A stretch of DNA of 64,000 nt from Patescibacteria group bacterium. Lineage in GTDB: Bacteria > Patescibacteriota > Gracilibacteria > UBA4473. Positions 47,852-59,049 of the stretch are shown here, in pieces (the first letter of the stretch is position 1; each line of letters starts with the position of its first letter). Made by a program: the position numbers and the translations under genes. The notes under the pieces were generated by a model. The model ran no database searches, was not told the origin of the DNA, and saw only the letters and a list, made by a program, of their open reading frames with translations. The DNA lies in contig CBFIAK010000001.1 of the NCBI GenBank assembly GCA_965660445.1, positions 448,001 through 512,000 on the forward strand. Reading direction: 5' to 3'.

Positions 47852-48502
47852 TTACTTGCTTTCAGGAGTGAAGACTGGTTTTGTGTAGGGCGATGTAAAG
47901 TTTCGGCTTGAATCTCCGTTATGAACAGCTCGTTGTCGTTGTTGTCCTGCCCCAATGGGATCGGAAGATTTCATTTGTCGTTGCATGTCTCGAAGCTCAT
48001 TGATTACTTGTATGTCACGAGTCCAAAATGTTGTTGGAATTGTATTAACGGTGTGTTGAGATCCGTAAATTACGCCTTCTTGAAGTTCTTGTGTTGAACA
48101 ATTTCCGCCTTCGAAATAATAGTTAATGATACATCGTCGGAATACTGATTTTGAATTGGCTCTTTCTATTGATGGTTGTGCAAATCGTTGAGTATTACTC
48201 CAATCAGTAAGTGCTCCGGTTCGTGGAACTGAGTATCGATGACTCCCTACGTGCCCTGCACGTCGTGCTTGAGCAGCTCGTAGCTGTGTGTAGTAGAGAT
48301 TCTTATCTGCCAATGTTTCTTCTTTCTGTTGGTGGTATCGTTTTTGATAGAGATAAATAGAATTATTGAGTGCTTTTTTGTTTCGTGATTGTTGGATAAT
48401 GCTTGTTGGTGATAGTTGTGGGGTTTTGTTTTGTGCTTCAACAAGATATACATTTGTGCTGAGTCCAAGGAGAATGAGCGTTAGAAATGCTGTTTTTTTC
48501 AT
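47852..48502 (-). CDS. Hypothetical secreted basic protein
   Basis: Signal peptide ending in VEA. Confidence 0.6.
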   Translation of the reverse strand: MKKTAFLTLILLGLSTNVYLVEAQNKTPQLSPTSIIQQSRNKKALNNSIYLYQKRYHQQKEETLADKNLYYTQLRAAQARRAGHVGSHRYSVPRTGALTDWSNTQRFAQPSIERANSKSVFRRCIINYYFEGGNCSTQELQEGVIYGSQHTVNTIPTTFWTRDIQVINELRDMQRQMKSSDPIGAGQQRQRAVHNGDSSRNFTSPYTKPVFTPESK

Positions 48503-48671
48503 AGTACAAAGAGAATAATAAGAAATGAAATAGAAAATGAATTAGGGTGTGTAGTCGTTATTATCTTTTTTTGAAGAAGTAGATGTACACTTTCAGGTGG
48601 AATTCTAACAACTTTCAAAAAGAGTGCAAAACTTTTTCGTGTTTTTTTTGTGTTTTAGAAATTCAAGTTTA

Positions 48672-49457
48672 TTAAACCTTGAATATGTTATCAAACTCTG
48701 TGTTTTCATCGAATTGATTTGGTTTTGGACTGACTCCATAATCAGATCCAAAAGTGGTTTCAATATGTAAAAAATCACTACCAGTTTGGGTGTATAAAAA
48801 TGCATAGATCAGTTCTGTTGCTCTGTGTCCCATTCCCATACATCCCATGAAGAGTGGGAATGCAAGGAAAAATCCAATAAAGTTATTTATAGAACCCCAA
48901 AAAAGAGTTCCAAGAAAAAGAAAGAGCAGTATTCCGAGTAAATTTCCGTATATATGAATGAGTATATACTGTGTTTTGTGTAATGACTGAAGCACAAAGA
49001 GTGAGAAAAGACAGGTAAAGAGCAAGTGCAAGAGTGCGACATATAAAATACCATACGTGTTAAACACTGAGTTGACTAAAAGATAAATCGGAAAAAAAGA
49101 AACCAGAAAAAATACATTTCCATAAAATATATGAGTAAAGGTTGTTGTTTTTTTTGTATAGCTTTCTTCGATAAGGATACTTAAGAAAGCAAACGCTAAA
49201 TTATTCACCAGACTTGAAATAAAAACAGCCATCATAATAAAAATGAGAAACAATGTGTGTGTTTCTACTTTTCCAATACTTGAACCAAGTACGTCTTTTA
49301 AGTCTTCTGTGTTTTGGAGGTATTCTCCCACGACACCCCAGCTGAAAAAAAGCACAATCCCGAGTGCAATAACGGCGATAAATCCTGATCCAAAGCCAAT
49401 AATGAATCGAGTGAGGAGCGATGATATAGGGTGATGTTTTTGTGTTGAGATGTCCAT
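48672..49457 (-). CDS. Hypothetical multi-pass membrane protein
   Basis: About six TM segments; start refined to MDIST using the promoter position. Confidence 0.65.
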   Translation of the reverse strand: MDISTQKHHPISSLLTRFIIGFGSGFIAVIALGIVLFFSWGVVGEYLQNTEDLKDVLGSSIGKVETHTLFLIFIMMAVFISSLVNNLAFAFLSILIEESYTKKTTTFTHIFYGNVFFLVSFFPIYLLVNSVFNTYGILYVALLHLLFTCLFSLFVLQSLHKTQYILIHIYGNLLGILLFLFLGTLFWGSINNFIGFFLAFPLFMGCMGMGHRATELIYAFLYTQTGSDFLHIETTFGSDYGVSPKPNQFDENTEFDNIFKV

Positions 49458-49488
49458 GAGCTTATTATAGTATGGAAGAAATAAGGAT

Positions 49489-50172
49489 TCAATGTTTTTC
49501 TTCTTGAAAATAAGAAGAAGGGCGTGTGTGTGCTTTTCTCCATTGTTCAATATGCGCATGGTGTCCAGAAAGAAGTATGTCGGGAACGGCCATATCTTTA
49601 AATATTGCTGGCCGTGTATAGTGTGGATATTCAAGATTTCGATCTAGTTTTACAGAGAAACTTTCTTCTTGATGACTTTCTTCTTTTCCGAGTACACCTG
49701 GAATAAGACGAGAAAGCGCGTCAATAAAAATTTGTGCTGGAAGTTCGCCTCCTGTAAGTACAAATTGTCCAATAGAAATTTCTCCATCAATAAGTGTGTC
49801 TCGAATACGTTGGTCTATGCCTTCATAGTGACCACATAAAAGAATAATGCGCGTATATTTTTGAGTATACATTTCAGCGTGCTCTTGTTTAAAGATTTTT
49901 CCTTGTGGGGTGAGAAAGAGTACAGGGGCGTCATCGTTCGTGAGTTTTTTTACATATGTTATAGCATCGAAAAGCGGTTGCGGTGTCATTACCATTCCAG
50001 CCCCACCACCATATGGTACGTCATCAACTTTTTTGTGTTTATCATCAGAGAAGTCTCGAATGTTATGACATCGGATAGAAATGAGATTGTTTTCGCACGC
50101 TCTTCCAATGATGGATGTACGGCAAAAACTATCAAAAAATTCGGGAAAAAGAGTGAGAATATCGAATATCAT
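49489..50172 (-). CDS. trmD: tRNA (guanine-N1)-methyltransferase
   Basis: DILTLFPE, VDDVPYGGGAGMV, CGHYEGIDQR, SIGQFVLTGGE. Confidence 0.98.
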   Translation of the reverse strand: MIFDILTLFPEFFDSFCRTSIIGRACENNLISIRCHNIRDFSDDKHKKVDDVPYGGGAGMVMTPQPLFDAITYVKKLTNDDAPVLFLTPQGKIFKQEHAEMYTQKYTRIILLCGHYEGIDQRIRDTLIDGEISIGQFVLTGGELPAQIFIDALSRLIPGVLGKEESHQEESFSVKLDRNLEYPHYTRPAIFKDMAVPDILLSGHHAHIEQWRKAHTRPSSYFQEEKH

Positions 50173-50321
50173 GGGATGTAACAAAAGTAAGTGTAATAAG
50201 AACTATAAAAAAACTCAATGATTTTAAAAAAGAAAGGAAAAATTGAGGGAGAGTTGTTGACAATGGGGTTGAAAATTATACAAATAAAGAGGGTATTGAT
50301 ACTTTTTTTAATGATTTTCTT

Positions 50322-51944
50322 ATGCGTTTAAAATTTTATGTTTCGGGTGTGTTATTTGTGTTAGGAATTAGCTTTCTCGCTCTTGATATTCAAAGTCTTC
50401 AGAATGAAGATTTTTTTACATGGAATTATCATTCCTATACGACGAATCAGTCGCCAACAATTTTTCTTCAGGCTTTAGCAGAAGAAATGGAGTCCGATCT
50501 TATAACTGCACAAGTTGATGAAGCGGGTAATGAATCAGAAAATGATGTTGATGTAGATGAAACGAATGCTTTAACTATTTACAACCAAAATATGGCGTTA
50601 GTGAAACAAGTGAGAGATATGTCTTTCGAAGAAGGTCGCAATGAAGTTTCATATCGTGATGTTCCAAAACAAATTCAGTCAAATACAGTCTTTTTTGAAG
50701 ACTTAACTGATTCTTCAACTCGTATATTAGAGCAAAGTTATGAATATGATTTAGTGTCAGGAGATAAATTGTTTGAAAAATTTATTGATAAAGAAATTAC
50801 GGTAACCGTACAACAAGGAGACGAAACACAATCCGTAAAGGGTATACTGTTGAGTACCGCATGGGGAGATGTAGTGCTTCAAACAGATTCAGGTATTAAA
50901 ACAATTCAAAAAGGTCATATTATTGATACTGAATTTGATACACTTCCAGAAGGGTTTTCTACTCGACCGACATTAGTATGGACTTTATGGGCAGAAAAAG
51001 CTGGTATGCGAAAAGTGCGAACGAGTTACTTAACACGAGGGTTGTCTTGGAATGCCGACTATGTAGTTGTAGTAGATGATTCTGATACACAGTTATCACT
51101 TCAAGGATGGACAACGATTACAAACCATTCAGGGGCATCGTTTCCAGATACAAAGTTGCAACTTGTTGCAGGTGATGTGAATGTTGTTTCTCATCAGCGA
51201 TATCAAGATGATCTGGTTCGTCCAGTTCTTATGAATGCAAAACAAGAGAGTATGGATATGGGAGGATTTGCAGAAGAAAGTTTTTTTGAGTATCACCTCT
51301 ATAGTCTTGATCGAGTAACAGACATAAAAGAAAATGCTCAAAAACAAATCGAGCTTTTTCATGCGCATGGTATTGAAGCAAAAAAAGAATTCGTATACGA
51401 TCCACAAAAAAACCATTCTGCAGTTCGGTCTCACTTATCATTTCAAAACGAAGAAGAAAATAATTTAGGAGTGCCTATTCCAAAAGGGACACTCCGTGTC
51501 TATAAAAGAGACTCAAAAGGATCTCTGCAATTTATTGGAGAAGATATGGTAAACCATACGCCTCGTGATGAAGAAATAGAAGTGTTTTTAGGAAATGTTT
51601 TTGATATTGCAGTAGAGAAAAAACAGTTAAAATATGAAACAACAAAGAATTGGATCGGGTTTCGGGAATGTAGTTTTGCAACCCATGAAGTAGAATTGAG
51701 AAATCAGAAAGATGATGATGTGGTGGTGCAAGTATATGAAAATGTATGGGGAGCAAACATAGAAATTCAGAAAGCAACGGTTTCGGTATTTGCTTCTAAT
51801 AAACAAGAAGATAGTGAAGATGAACCTCAATCGACTGATAATGTTGAGTTTGAACTTGAAGGAGATGGACGATTTATTGCTGAAATTTCAGTGCCTTCCC
51901 GAGGAAAGAGTCTTTTGCATTATATGGTGCAGAGTTGTCGATAA
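50322..51944 (+). CDS. DUF4139/DUF4140-like exported protein
   Basis: LTIYNQNMALVKQVR, SYLTRGLSWNADY, FIGEDMVNHTP. Confidence 0.8.
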   Translation: MRLKFYVSGVLFVLGISFLALDIQSLQNEDFFTWNYHSYTTNQSPTIFLQALAEEMESDLITAQVDEAGNESENDVDVDETNALTIYNQNMALVKQVRDMSFEEGRNEVSYRDVPKQIQSNTVFFEDLTDSSTRILEQSYEYDLVSGDKLFEKFIDKEITVTVQQGDETQSVKGILLSTAWGDVVLQTDSGIKTIQKGHIIDTEFDTLPEGFSTRPTLVWTLWAEKAGMRKVRTSYLTRGLSWNADYVVVVDDSDTQLSLQGWTTITNHSGASFPDTKLQLVAGDVNVVSHQRYQDDLVRPVLMNAKQESMDMGGFAEESFFEYHLYSLDRVTDIKENAQKQIELFHAHGIEAKKEFVYDPQKNHSAVRSHLSFQNEEENNLGVPIPKGTLRVYKRDSKGSLQFIGEDMVNHTPRDEEIEVFLGNVFDIAVEKKQLKYETTKNWIGFRECSFATHEVELRNQKDDDVVVQVYENVWGANIEIQKATVSVFASNKQEDSEDEPQSTDNVEFELEGDGRFIAEISVPSRGKSLLHYMVQSCR

Positions 51945-51948
51945 AGCA

Positions 51949-52149
51949 CTACAATCCTAAGTTTGATAGAGGATTGAGTGATCCAAGAGTATTTATAAGG
52001 AACGGAATAGCAATCGCCAGTATTAAGATCGGAATAACAAGTGTTATCAGTGAAAGGGTGAGCATCCATTGAAAATATTGTTTGAGCTTTCGAACGTTTG
52101 TATGTATTGATTGAAGAAGTTGTTGTTCTTCTGGAGTGAGTGATGACAT
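51949..52149 (-). CDS. Small single-TM hypothetical protein
   Basis: Helix followed by one TM segment. Confidence 0.55.
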   Translation of the reverse strand: MSSLTPEEQQLLQSIHTNVRKLKQYFQWMLTLSLITLVIPILILAIAIPFLINTLGSLNPLSNLGL

Positions 52150-52256
52150 AAGAAGAGGATAAAAAAACAAGCATATAATATGATTTCAAAAGAAAAAAGA
52201 AAATGACATTGAGTTGTTTTCTTTTTTTATTAGAATTCATATTGTGATTTCTCTTT

Positions 52257-53432
52257 ATGAAGAAACTTATATCGAATCAAATATCGCCTAATTTTACATA
52301 TACAGATAGTCTGTATGTATTTTTTCAGTTTTTTCGTTTATGGAGTAAATCATCTCTTGATTTTCGATCATTTTTTAAAACAGAAAACTACCTCTTAACG
52401 AATGCTGCTCGAACAGCACTCTCAAAAATCATAGAAACGGCTCATTTTTCAAAAGAAAAAAAAATTGGGATTCCTGCGTTTTGTTGTGTTGTTATGGCGA
52501 CTCCTTTTTTAGAAAAAGGGTATGCAATTCAATGGATTGATACAGATGAAAATGGGGTTATTGATGTTGAAGACTTTCTACAAAAATCTGATAACATGTC
52601 TTGTGTTTTGGTGCCTCATGTTTTTGGACAAATGGCTCCTTTGGGGCGTATTTGGGAGATTGCAAAACGAAAGAATATCATGGTTATAGAAGATTGTGCT
52701 CATGCATTTCACTTTGATCAATCATATTGTGATGTTCAGATTTGGAGTTTTGGTCGTGAAAAAGTGATTTCTTGTGTGAGTGGTGGAGCTTTAGTATGGT
52801 CAGAGTCTTCTCGCATGGGGGGGTTTCAATTTTCATTATTTCCATTAGAGAAACGAGAGATTCTTCGACTTTTGTTGCAACCCGTTATTTTTGCTTTAGT
52901 TTTGCCTGTTTGGCATTTAGGGAGTCTTGGAAAAATAGTGGCATATATAATGCGTCGATTGCGTATATTGCCTCGAGCTGTCACAGAAAAAGAAAAGCAA
53001 GGGAGAGAGGATTTCCCTCAGGCACAATTAGCGACGCCTCTTCAGTATATTTTGAAATACAAAATGCGTCGTTATGCACAACGGCAAAAACATCGTGTTC
53101 GTATAGCGAAAAAATGGAAATTTGTCTTGTCCGATATATTGCCCGATGCAGAAATTATTATTCCAGAAAACGCTTTTCGTGTTATTGTGAAAACAGAAAA
53201 AGCTGCTGATATAAAAACACAAGCACGTCGATGGGGATACGATTTATATGAATGGGAGGGAGTCCCCATTTCACCAGCAGATGTTCATTTATCGTCTATT
53301 GGATATGAGGAGGGGAGTTGTGTAAATGCAGAATATTTTGCGCGCCATTATGTAACATTTCCTACGAATATACGAACAACTGAAAAAGATGTGGAAAACT
53401 TTCGTCATCAGTGGAAACTATTTTATGCTTGA
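52257..53432 (+). CDS. DegT/DnrJ/EryC1/StrS-family PLP aminotransferase
   Basis: ARTAL, PAFCC, HVFG, IEDCAHA, SFGREK. Confidence 0.85.
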   Translation: MKKLISNQISPNFTYTDSLYVFFQFFRLWSKSSLDFRSFFKTENYLLTNAARTALSKIIETAHFSKEKKIGIPAFCCVVMATPFLEKGYAIQWIDTDENGVIDVEDFLQKSDNMSCVLVPHVFGQMAPLGRIWEIAKRKNIMVIEDCAHAFHFDQSYCDVQIWSFGREKVISCVSGGALVWSESSRMGGFQFSLFPLEKREILRLLLQPVIFALVLPVWHLGSLGKIVAYIMRRLRILPRAVTEKEKQGREDFPQAQLATPLQYILKYKMRRYAQRQKHRVRIAKKWKFVLSDILPDAEIIIPENAFRVIVKTEKAADIKTQARRWGYDLYEWEGVPISPADVHLSSIGYEEGSCVNAEYFARHYVTFPTNIRTTEKDVENFRHQWKLFYA

Positions 53433-53437
53433 GTGGT

Positions 53438-54457
53438 ATGATTTCTATACAAACAATATCGGATGTCGATTATGATCAATTTTTTTATTCATATGAATTA
53501 GAAAAAACGTTTCTTCAATCACGTCTTTATGGATATTTGCAAGATTCTATAGGAAAAAAAAGTATTCGTTGGGGGATTTATGATGGAGGAAACTTATGTG
53601 GAATTGCGCAGTTTCAGATTATACATGCTCGTCGAGGACGGTATATACATTGTCCACATGGTCCTTTGGTGGGAGAGACTGCGATAGAAGATCTATGGCG
53701 AGTTTTTTTTGAGTATTTTACTGCCTATGCTCAGAAAGAAAAATGTGATTTTGTGCGTATATCTCCGTTGCAAGATGTTTCGTTTTCAAAGGTATTTGCT
53801 CGTTATTCTTTTCGTCCAGCTCCGGTACACATGGTAAATCCGGAACGAACATGGGTTCTGGATATTCAGAAAAGTGAAGAAGAAATACTTTCACATATGA
53901 AAAAAACGACTCGTTATGAAGTGCGTCGAATTGAAAAACAAGATATACAAGTTCGGATTGGTCGTGTGGCAGATGATTTTCGTATTTTTTGGGATTTGCA
54001 TCTACAAACCGCAAAAAGACAAGGGTTTACCCCTTTTTCAGAGACTTTTACGAAGAACGCACTTGATATCTTTGGTGATCAAATTTGTATTTGTTCTGCA
54101 TATAAAGATGGGAAATATTTTTCGAGTTCGATTTTTATTTTTGATGATCGTGCTGGATATTACCATCAAGGGGCATCTATTCCTCATTCACTTCCTTTTT
54201 CATATGCGACTCTTTGGGCAGGAATACGTGAGGCTCGTCGAAGGGGGTGTCAGGAATTTAATTTTTGGGGAGTGGTTCAAAAAGATGATAAAAAACACCC
54301 GTGGTATGGATTATCTCAATTCAAACGTGGCTTTGGCGGTGAAGAGCGGGTTTATGCCCATGCTCATGATCGTGTGATTACATTTCGCTACTGGTTTCAA
54401 TATGTATTAGAACGATACGAACGATGGAAGAAAGGATATGGTTCTTTTTTTGAATAA
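53438..54457 (+). CDS. FemABX-family peptidoglycan bridge aminoacyltransferase
   Basis: TFLQS, HGPL, MKKTTRYEVR, FNFWG, GLSQFKRGFGG. Confidence 0.9.
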   Translation: MISIQTISDVDYDQFFYSYELEKTFLQSRLYGYLQDSIGKKSIRWGIYDGGNLCGIAQFQIIHARRGRYIHCPHGPLVGETAIEDLWRVFFEYFTAYAQKEKCDFVRISPLQDVSFSKVFARYSFRPAPVHMVNPERTWVLDIQKSEEEILSHMKKTTRYEVRRIEKQDIQVRIGRVADDFRIFWDLHLQTAKRQGFTPFSETFTKNALDIFGDQICICSAYKDGKYFSSSIFIFDDRAGYYHQGASIPHSLPFSYATLWAGIREARRRGCQEFNFWGVVQKDDKKHPWYGLSQFKRGFGGEERVYAHAHDRVITFRYWFQYVLERYERWKKGYGSFFE

Positions 54458-54572
54458 AAAAATTATTCTCGATCAATATTTTTTTATACAAATCAATAAA
54501 AGAGAATTCATTCAATACTCTTTTGCATGCATTATTTGCGAAAAATTTTTTTGTTCATCATAATAAGAATGA

Positions 54573-57500
54573 ATGATTGTTTTTTCTCAAAAAACCATTC
54601 GAATGATTATTTCGCAAATCCGAAAAAAAAGCATTCTTTTTTCGGTTCTTTTGGGTGTGTTGTTGTGTTTTGTGTCTTCGGTTGAAGCTCGTTTAATTTT
54701 CGTAAATGAAGATGATGGAACAAATACTGATCGGTTTTATATAGATAAAGATGACACATCTCCCGATTATATTGATTTGGAGTTCGGATTAACACTTGAT
54801 TCTCGTATTCGGTTTGATATATCGGCAGATGAGTTTTTATTGAATCGCGATTTAAATTTTGGGGGGAATGAGTTGAAAAATATAGCCATTGAGCGTTTGG
54901 CTTCTGCACCTACGTGTGATGGAACTTCAAATGGTCGGCTCTATCATAATACGGTTGATGGGTTTTCATATATCTGTAATGGAACTAATTGGAGAGCAAT
55001 AGACGAAGACATCACACAGACTTTATCAGAATTAAGTACGAATATTGTTATTCTTGATGAAGATGATTCTGGTGGGGATGTTTCTTTGCAGTTTGGATCC
55101 TCTTTAAGTGAGTATCTTCGTTGGGATGATACAAACCAATGGTTTGTGCTGAGTGATGATTTGTATATTGAAGGAAATGAATTTATTGACTTTCGTGTTG
55201 AGAATCGTGATGGGAGTGTTAGTATTCCTGCCTGTGATAATGCGGGTGATTTGGGGAAACAGTATTATGACCAGAATGATGGAAATGCATATGTATGTAT
55301 TGAACCAAATCCAGCTGGATCTCCGGGAGTGTATGAATGGTTTGATTTTACGGCAACGTTTACAACCACCGCTACAAAAGTTGTGACCGTTGGAACAGGT
55401 GGAAATTACGCCACGATTGAATCAGCAGCTGGATATCTTACAACGCTCACAGGAGGGATTATTTTGTTAACAGCCGAGACACATAATGTTACAAATGTAG
55501 TTGATCTTGAAAACATTACCTTAATTGGTGCGAATACTGGAGATACAGTTGTAAACGTAACCGGAAATGGGTTTTTAGAAGTAAAAGAAACACAATTTAA
55601 ATCATTAACCCTTAATATTGATGCTGGGATAACCGCCAATACTGGTTTAGGGGCAAAGTATAATGCAGGGACAACCTCTTCCGTTATTTTTGAATGGGTA
55701 GATTTTCATATTGGTGGCACAAAGTATTTATTAGATAGTTTATCGGGTACACCTCCAATGGTTCGAACTCGATTTATTAGTGCGGCAGCTACTGCGGGAA
55801 ATCAACAAATATTGTTGTCAACGGCTTCGGCAAATTTAAATGCAGCATCAACTCATTTTGTGGAGTCTCAGAGTGGAAGTGGAGGACTTGATTTTTCTGA
55901 TTGGGATGTAACCATTTCTGGTTCTGGAAATGTGGTGAGCAGTGGAACCATTTCAACAATTCCTGAAAATACTATGTTTGTGTATCCGGGGATGAATATT
56001 CAAGGGGCAATTGATAGTTTAGCGAGTGGGGGGTTTATTACACTTCTTCCCGGAATTCATAATATTTCGAGTCCGATTTCTATTCTTACTGATGGAATTG
56101 AGATTGCTGGGTATGGAGATTCGACGATTATCCGAGCGAGTGGGTTTTCTGTTACGAATGATACGGCTGCTGCTATTCACATAGGTGCCACCGATGGAAC
56201 AAATCCAAGTAACGATGTATCGTTAAGAAGTTTTAAACTGGAGGTTGAAAACTCAAATATTCATGGGGTTCGTGTAGCAGGGGGGGAAGATATTCAGTTA
56301 TATAATTTGACGATTGAAAAAACGCAAGGAGTTTCAGGGACAGGAACAACAGCTCGTATGGGAATTCATATGCTTGATGGAACAACAGATATCTTATTAC
56401 GTCCAGTTATTTCTAATTGTCGTATTTTCGGAGATGAAGGAGCGGGCAGTTATTTTACTGATGGAATTCATATGACGGGTGGAGATAGTTATGGTTATAA
56501 CGGTATTTGGACAAATGGATCTGCTCCGCGGGGTATTCGAAATGCACTAGTGGAAGGGAATAATATTGATTATGTACGAGAAACAGTGGCGGTCTTTTTG
56601 GGAGTTGAAGATAGTTCTCTTTTTAATAATCGGTTTTCTCGAATGGGTGCTGGAGGTGGAAACTCATTTGGTCTTTTTATGGGGAATTCGTATCGAGCCA
56701 ATATGAATGCGAATGTAGTGAGTCGTTCTCTTTCAACAGGATCATCAGGGTTTGTAATTGAAGTTTTAAATACCGCCAGTCTTAAAAAAGTAGAAGACTC
56801 TTTATTTAGTAACAATACGGTTGATGGAACGGCTGATGGAGGAGTGGGGTTTCAGTATGCGTTTTATATTGGAGGAACAACAACAAATACAGAAGTTAAT
56901 AGAAATATTTTTCAAGGAAATGTTGTTCGGGGAGCGTCTGCAGGAACAAATCGTCGAGCATTCTTTATTCAGCAACGAGTCGATAAAAATATTTTCACAA
57001 ATAACTTGATTGTAGGAGGGACTGATGAATGGGATGTTGGGTTTGATATTTCAAGTACGACGAGTGACCAAAATGTTATTATTGGAAACACGTTTGATAA
57101 TGTAACGACGGACATTAACGATGGAGGAACGGCGACTCGTGAAACGGTAGAACATCACAGAAGTACAAGCAATCCAACAGCTTCAGATGATAGATCCGAT
57201 GGATTTAATATAGGAGTTATCTGGATCAATACAAACACAGATACAGCGTATATTTTAGTTGATAGCAGTGTTGGATCGGCAGTCTGGAATCAAATTGATG
57301 GCGGTGGAGGTGGCGGAGGAGTCACTGCTGTATCTTCAGCCTCAGATCCAACAGTAAATGATGATGCAAATGATGGATATACTATTGGAACATTGTGGGT
57401 GAATACAACAACGGATAACAGTTTTATCTTAACTGATGCTACTATTGGGGCGGCGAACTGGGAGCAAACGAATGGTGGCGGAGGAGGTGGAGGAGTTACG

Positions 57501-58967
57501 GCTGTATCTTCAGCCTCAGATCCAACAGTGAATGATGACGCAAATGACGGATATGCCGTTGGAACGTTGTGGGTGAATACAACGACTGACGAAAGTTTTA
57601 TTTTAACTGATTCAACGGTTGGGGCGGCGAACTGGAATCAAATTGATTCCCTCGGAGGTGGAGGAGGTGATTTGCCAGTGGTTCAAGCACGACGTACTAC
57701 GAATTTCACTATTCCTGCTGTGACCAACTGGTATGATATTCCTTTGGATACAACCGATGTGGAAAATGATACAGCGGTGCTGGAACATAACGCGGTTAAT
57801 ACAGAGCGAATTGATGTAAAAACAAATGGACTCTATCGTATTACTTACAGTGTAAGAGCGAATGATACGGGGACAACTCATACCGTTAATACCAGAATGC
57901 AGCTCAATGGAGCAACGGTACTTCCCGGATCACTTCTTGGTGAAACAAACTATCAGGGAGAATTCGGAACCATTACAGGAAGTTTTTTAGCGAATTTATC
58001 CGCGAATGATTATGTGGCATTGCAAGTACAAAGAACAACCGCAAACCAAGTAGTTGGAGAAACGGTTGTAACCGTTACGAAGCTTGAAAGTGGTTCTGGA
58101 GGGGGTGGTGGTTCTGGAACTGCGAGTAACACCTTTGTTCTTGATGATGATGATACAGGGGGTGATGTCGTTCTTCAATTTGGATCTACTCTTTCAGAAA
58201 CTTTGAGCTGGGATAGTGCGAATTCAGAATTTAGTCTTACTGATAATCTCGACATTGATATTTCTGGCAAATTCTTAGAAGGGGGTGACGGAACGGCCAA
58301 TGATATAATTTTAAATTTTGATGATGGAACTGATCGAAATTTTGGATGGGATGATGATTATTCAGCAACTCATACGGGTGGAACTTTTTCAACATTTAAT
58401 GAAGAACTCGCATTTCGAACACTTCAAAGTGGAGCGATTCCAGTTGCTTGTTCAGGAGCAGTTGCTGGAATGTTGTGGATGGATGTGGATACAGGATTGC
58501 TATACATATGTGATACGAGTAATGGACGAAATAAATGGTTAGGTGTGACAGAAATGAGTCTTTTTGGAGATGAAAGTGGGAACTGTACTGCTGGTAACGA
58601 TCCTGGGAGTAATGAAGGTTGTAATGTTGATTGGGGAAACGGATTAGGACCTGATACAGGAAGTGATCTTGGTTTATATATACCTCATCCTATTACGATA
58701 ACTGGATATGGGTTTTCTGCTGATGATGATGCCTGTTCAAGCGGTTCATTTGATGTGGAAGTGTGGAGTACGGGGAATAATACTAATGATAATAATTATA
58801 CGCTTGAACAAACTATTGCGGCAGGGTTGAATAATCAAGCTCATAATGCGAATAATCTTAATATCGATATTGCGGGAGACCAGTATATTTTATGGGGCAT
58901 TGATAATAATTGTGGTCAGAATATAGATGATTGGAATGTAATTCTCTATTTTCGATACCGAGAATAA
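54573..58967 (+). CDS. Large secreted repeat protein (beta-helix, tail-fibre-like repeats, C1q-like domain); putative adhesin
   Basis: Signal peptide; repeats DDxGGDVxLQFG, PxC...G.Y...G..YIC and DPTVNDD.NDGY..GTLWVNT; IQGAIDSL..GG.I.L.PG beta-helix start. Confidence 0.75.
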   Translation: MIVFSQKTIRMIISQIRKKSILFSVLLGVLLCFVSSVEARLIFVNEDDGTNTDRFYIDKDDTSPDYIDLEFGLTLDSRIRFDISADEFLLNRDLNFGGNELKNIAIERLASAPTCDGTSNGRLYHNTVDGFSYICNGTNWRAIDEDITQTLSELSTNIVILDEDDSGGDVSLQFGSSLSEYLRWDDTNQWFVLSDDLYIEGNEFIDFRVENRDGSVSIPACDNAGDLGKQYYDQNDGNAYVCIEPNPAGSPGVYEWFDFTATFTTTATKVVTVGTGGNYATIESAAGYLTTLTGGIILLTAETHNVTNVVDLENITLIGANTGDTVVNVTGNGFLEVKETQFKSLTLNIDAGITANTGLGAKYNAGTTSSVIFEWVDFHIGGTKYLLDSLSGTPPMVRTRFISAAATAGNQQILLSTASANLNAASTHFVESQSGSGGLDFSDWDVTISGSGNVVSSGTISTIPENTMFVYPGMNIQGAIDSLASGGFITLLPGIHNISSPISILTDGIEIAGYGDSTIIRASGFSVTNDTAAAIHIGATDGTNPSNDVSLRSFKLEVENSNIHGVRVAGGEDIQLYNLTIEKTQGVSGTGTTARMGIHMLDGTTDILLRPVISNCRIFGDEGAGSYFTDGIHMTGGDSYGYNGIWTNGSAPRGIRNALVEGNNIDYVRETVAVFLGVEDSSLFNNRFSRMGAGGGNSFGLFMGNSYRANMNANVVSRSLSTGSSGFVIEVLNTASLKKVEDSLFSNNTVDGTADGGVGFQYAFYIGGTTTNTEVNRNIFQGNVVRGASAGTNRRAFFIQQRVDKNIFTNNLIVGGTDEWDVGFDISSTTSDQNVIIGNTFDNVTTDINDGGTATRETVEHHRSTSNPTASDDRSDGFNIGVIWINTNTDTAYILVDSSVGSAVWNQIDGGGGGGGVTAVSSASDPTVNDDANDGYTIGTLWVNTTTDNSFILTDATIGAANWEQTNGGGGGGGVTAVSSASDPTVNDDANDGYAVGTLWVNTTTDESFILTDSTVGAANWNQIDSLGGGGGDLPVVQARRTTNFTIPAVTNWYDIPLDTTDVENDTAVLEHNAVNTERIDVKTNGLYRITYSVRANDTGTTHTVNTRMQLNGATVLPGSLLGETNYQGEFGTITGSFLANLSANDYVALQVQRTTANQVVGETVVTVTKLESGSGGGGGSGTASNTFVLDDDDTGGDVVLQFGSTLSETLSWDSANSEFSLTDNLDIDISGKFLEGGDGTANDIILNFDDGTDRNFGWDDDYSATHTGGTFSTFNEELAFRTLQSGAIPVACSGAVAGMLWMDVDTGLLYICDTSNGRNKWLGVTEMSLFGDESGNCTAGNDPGSNEGCNVDWGNGLGPDTGSDLGLYIPHPITITGYGFSADDDACSSGSFDVEVWSTGNNTNDNNYTLEQTIAAGLNNQAHNANNLNIDIAGDQYILWGIDNNCGQNIDDWNVILYFRYRE

Positions 58968-59049
58968 AATTTAGTCTATATAACAGATTTTTCTCTTTGG
59001 GAGATGTTATTCTTGCAAAAAAAATATTTTAGTGCATAGTGTTTTTAAT

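Noticed and set aside
54573-58967. Prophage
   Set aside because: Only one fibre-like gene, which has a signal peptide; no capsid, terminase or integrase.
58968-59049. SOS/LexA box upstream of uvrB
   Set aside because: No match to CTG-N10-CAG or GAAC-N4-GTTC that I could support.
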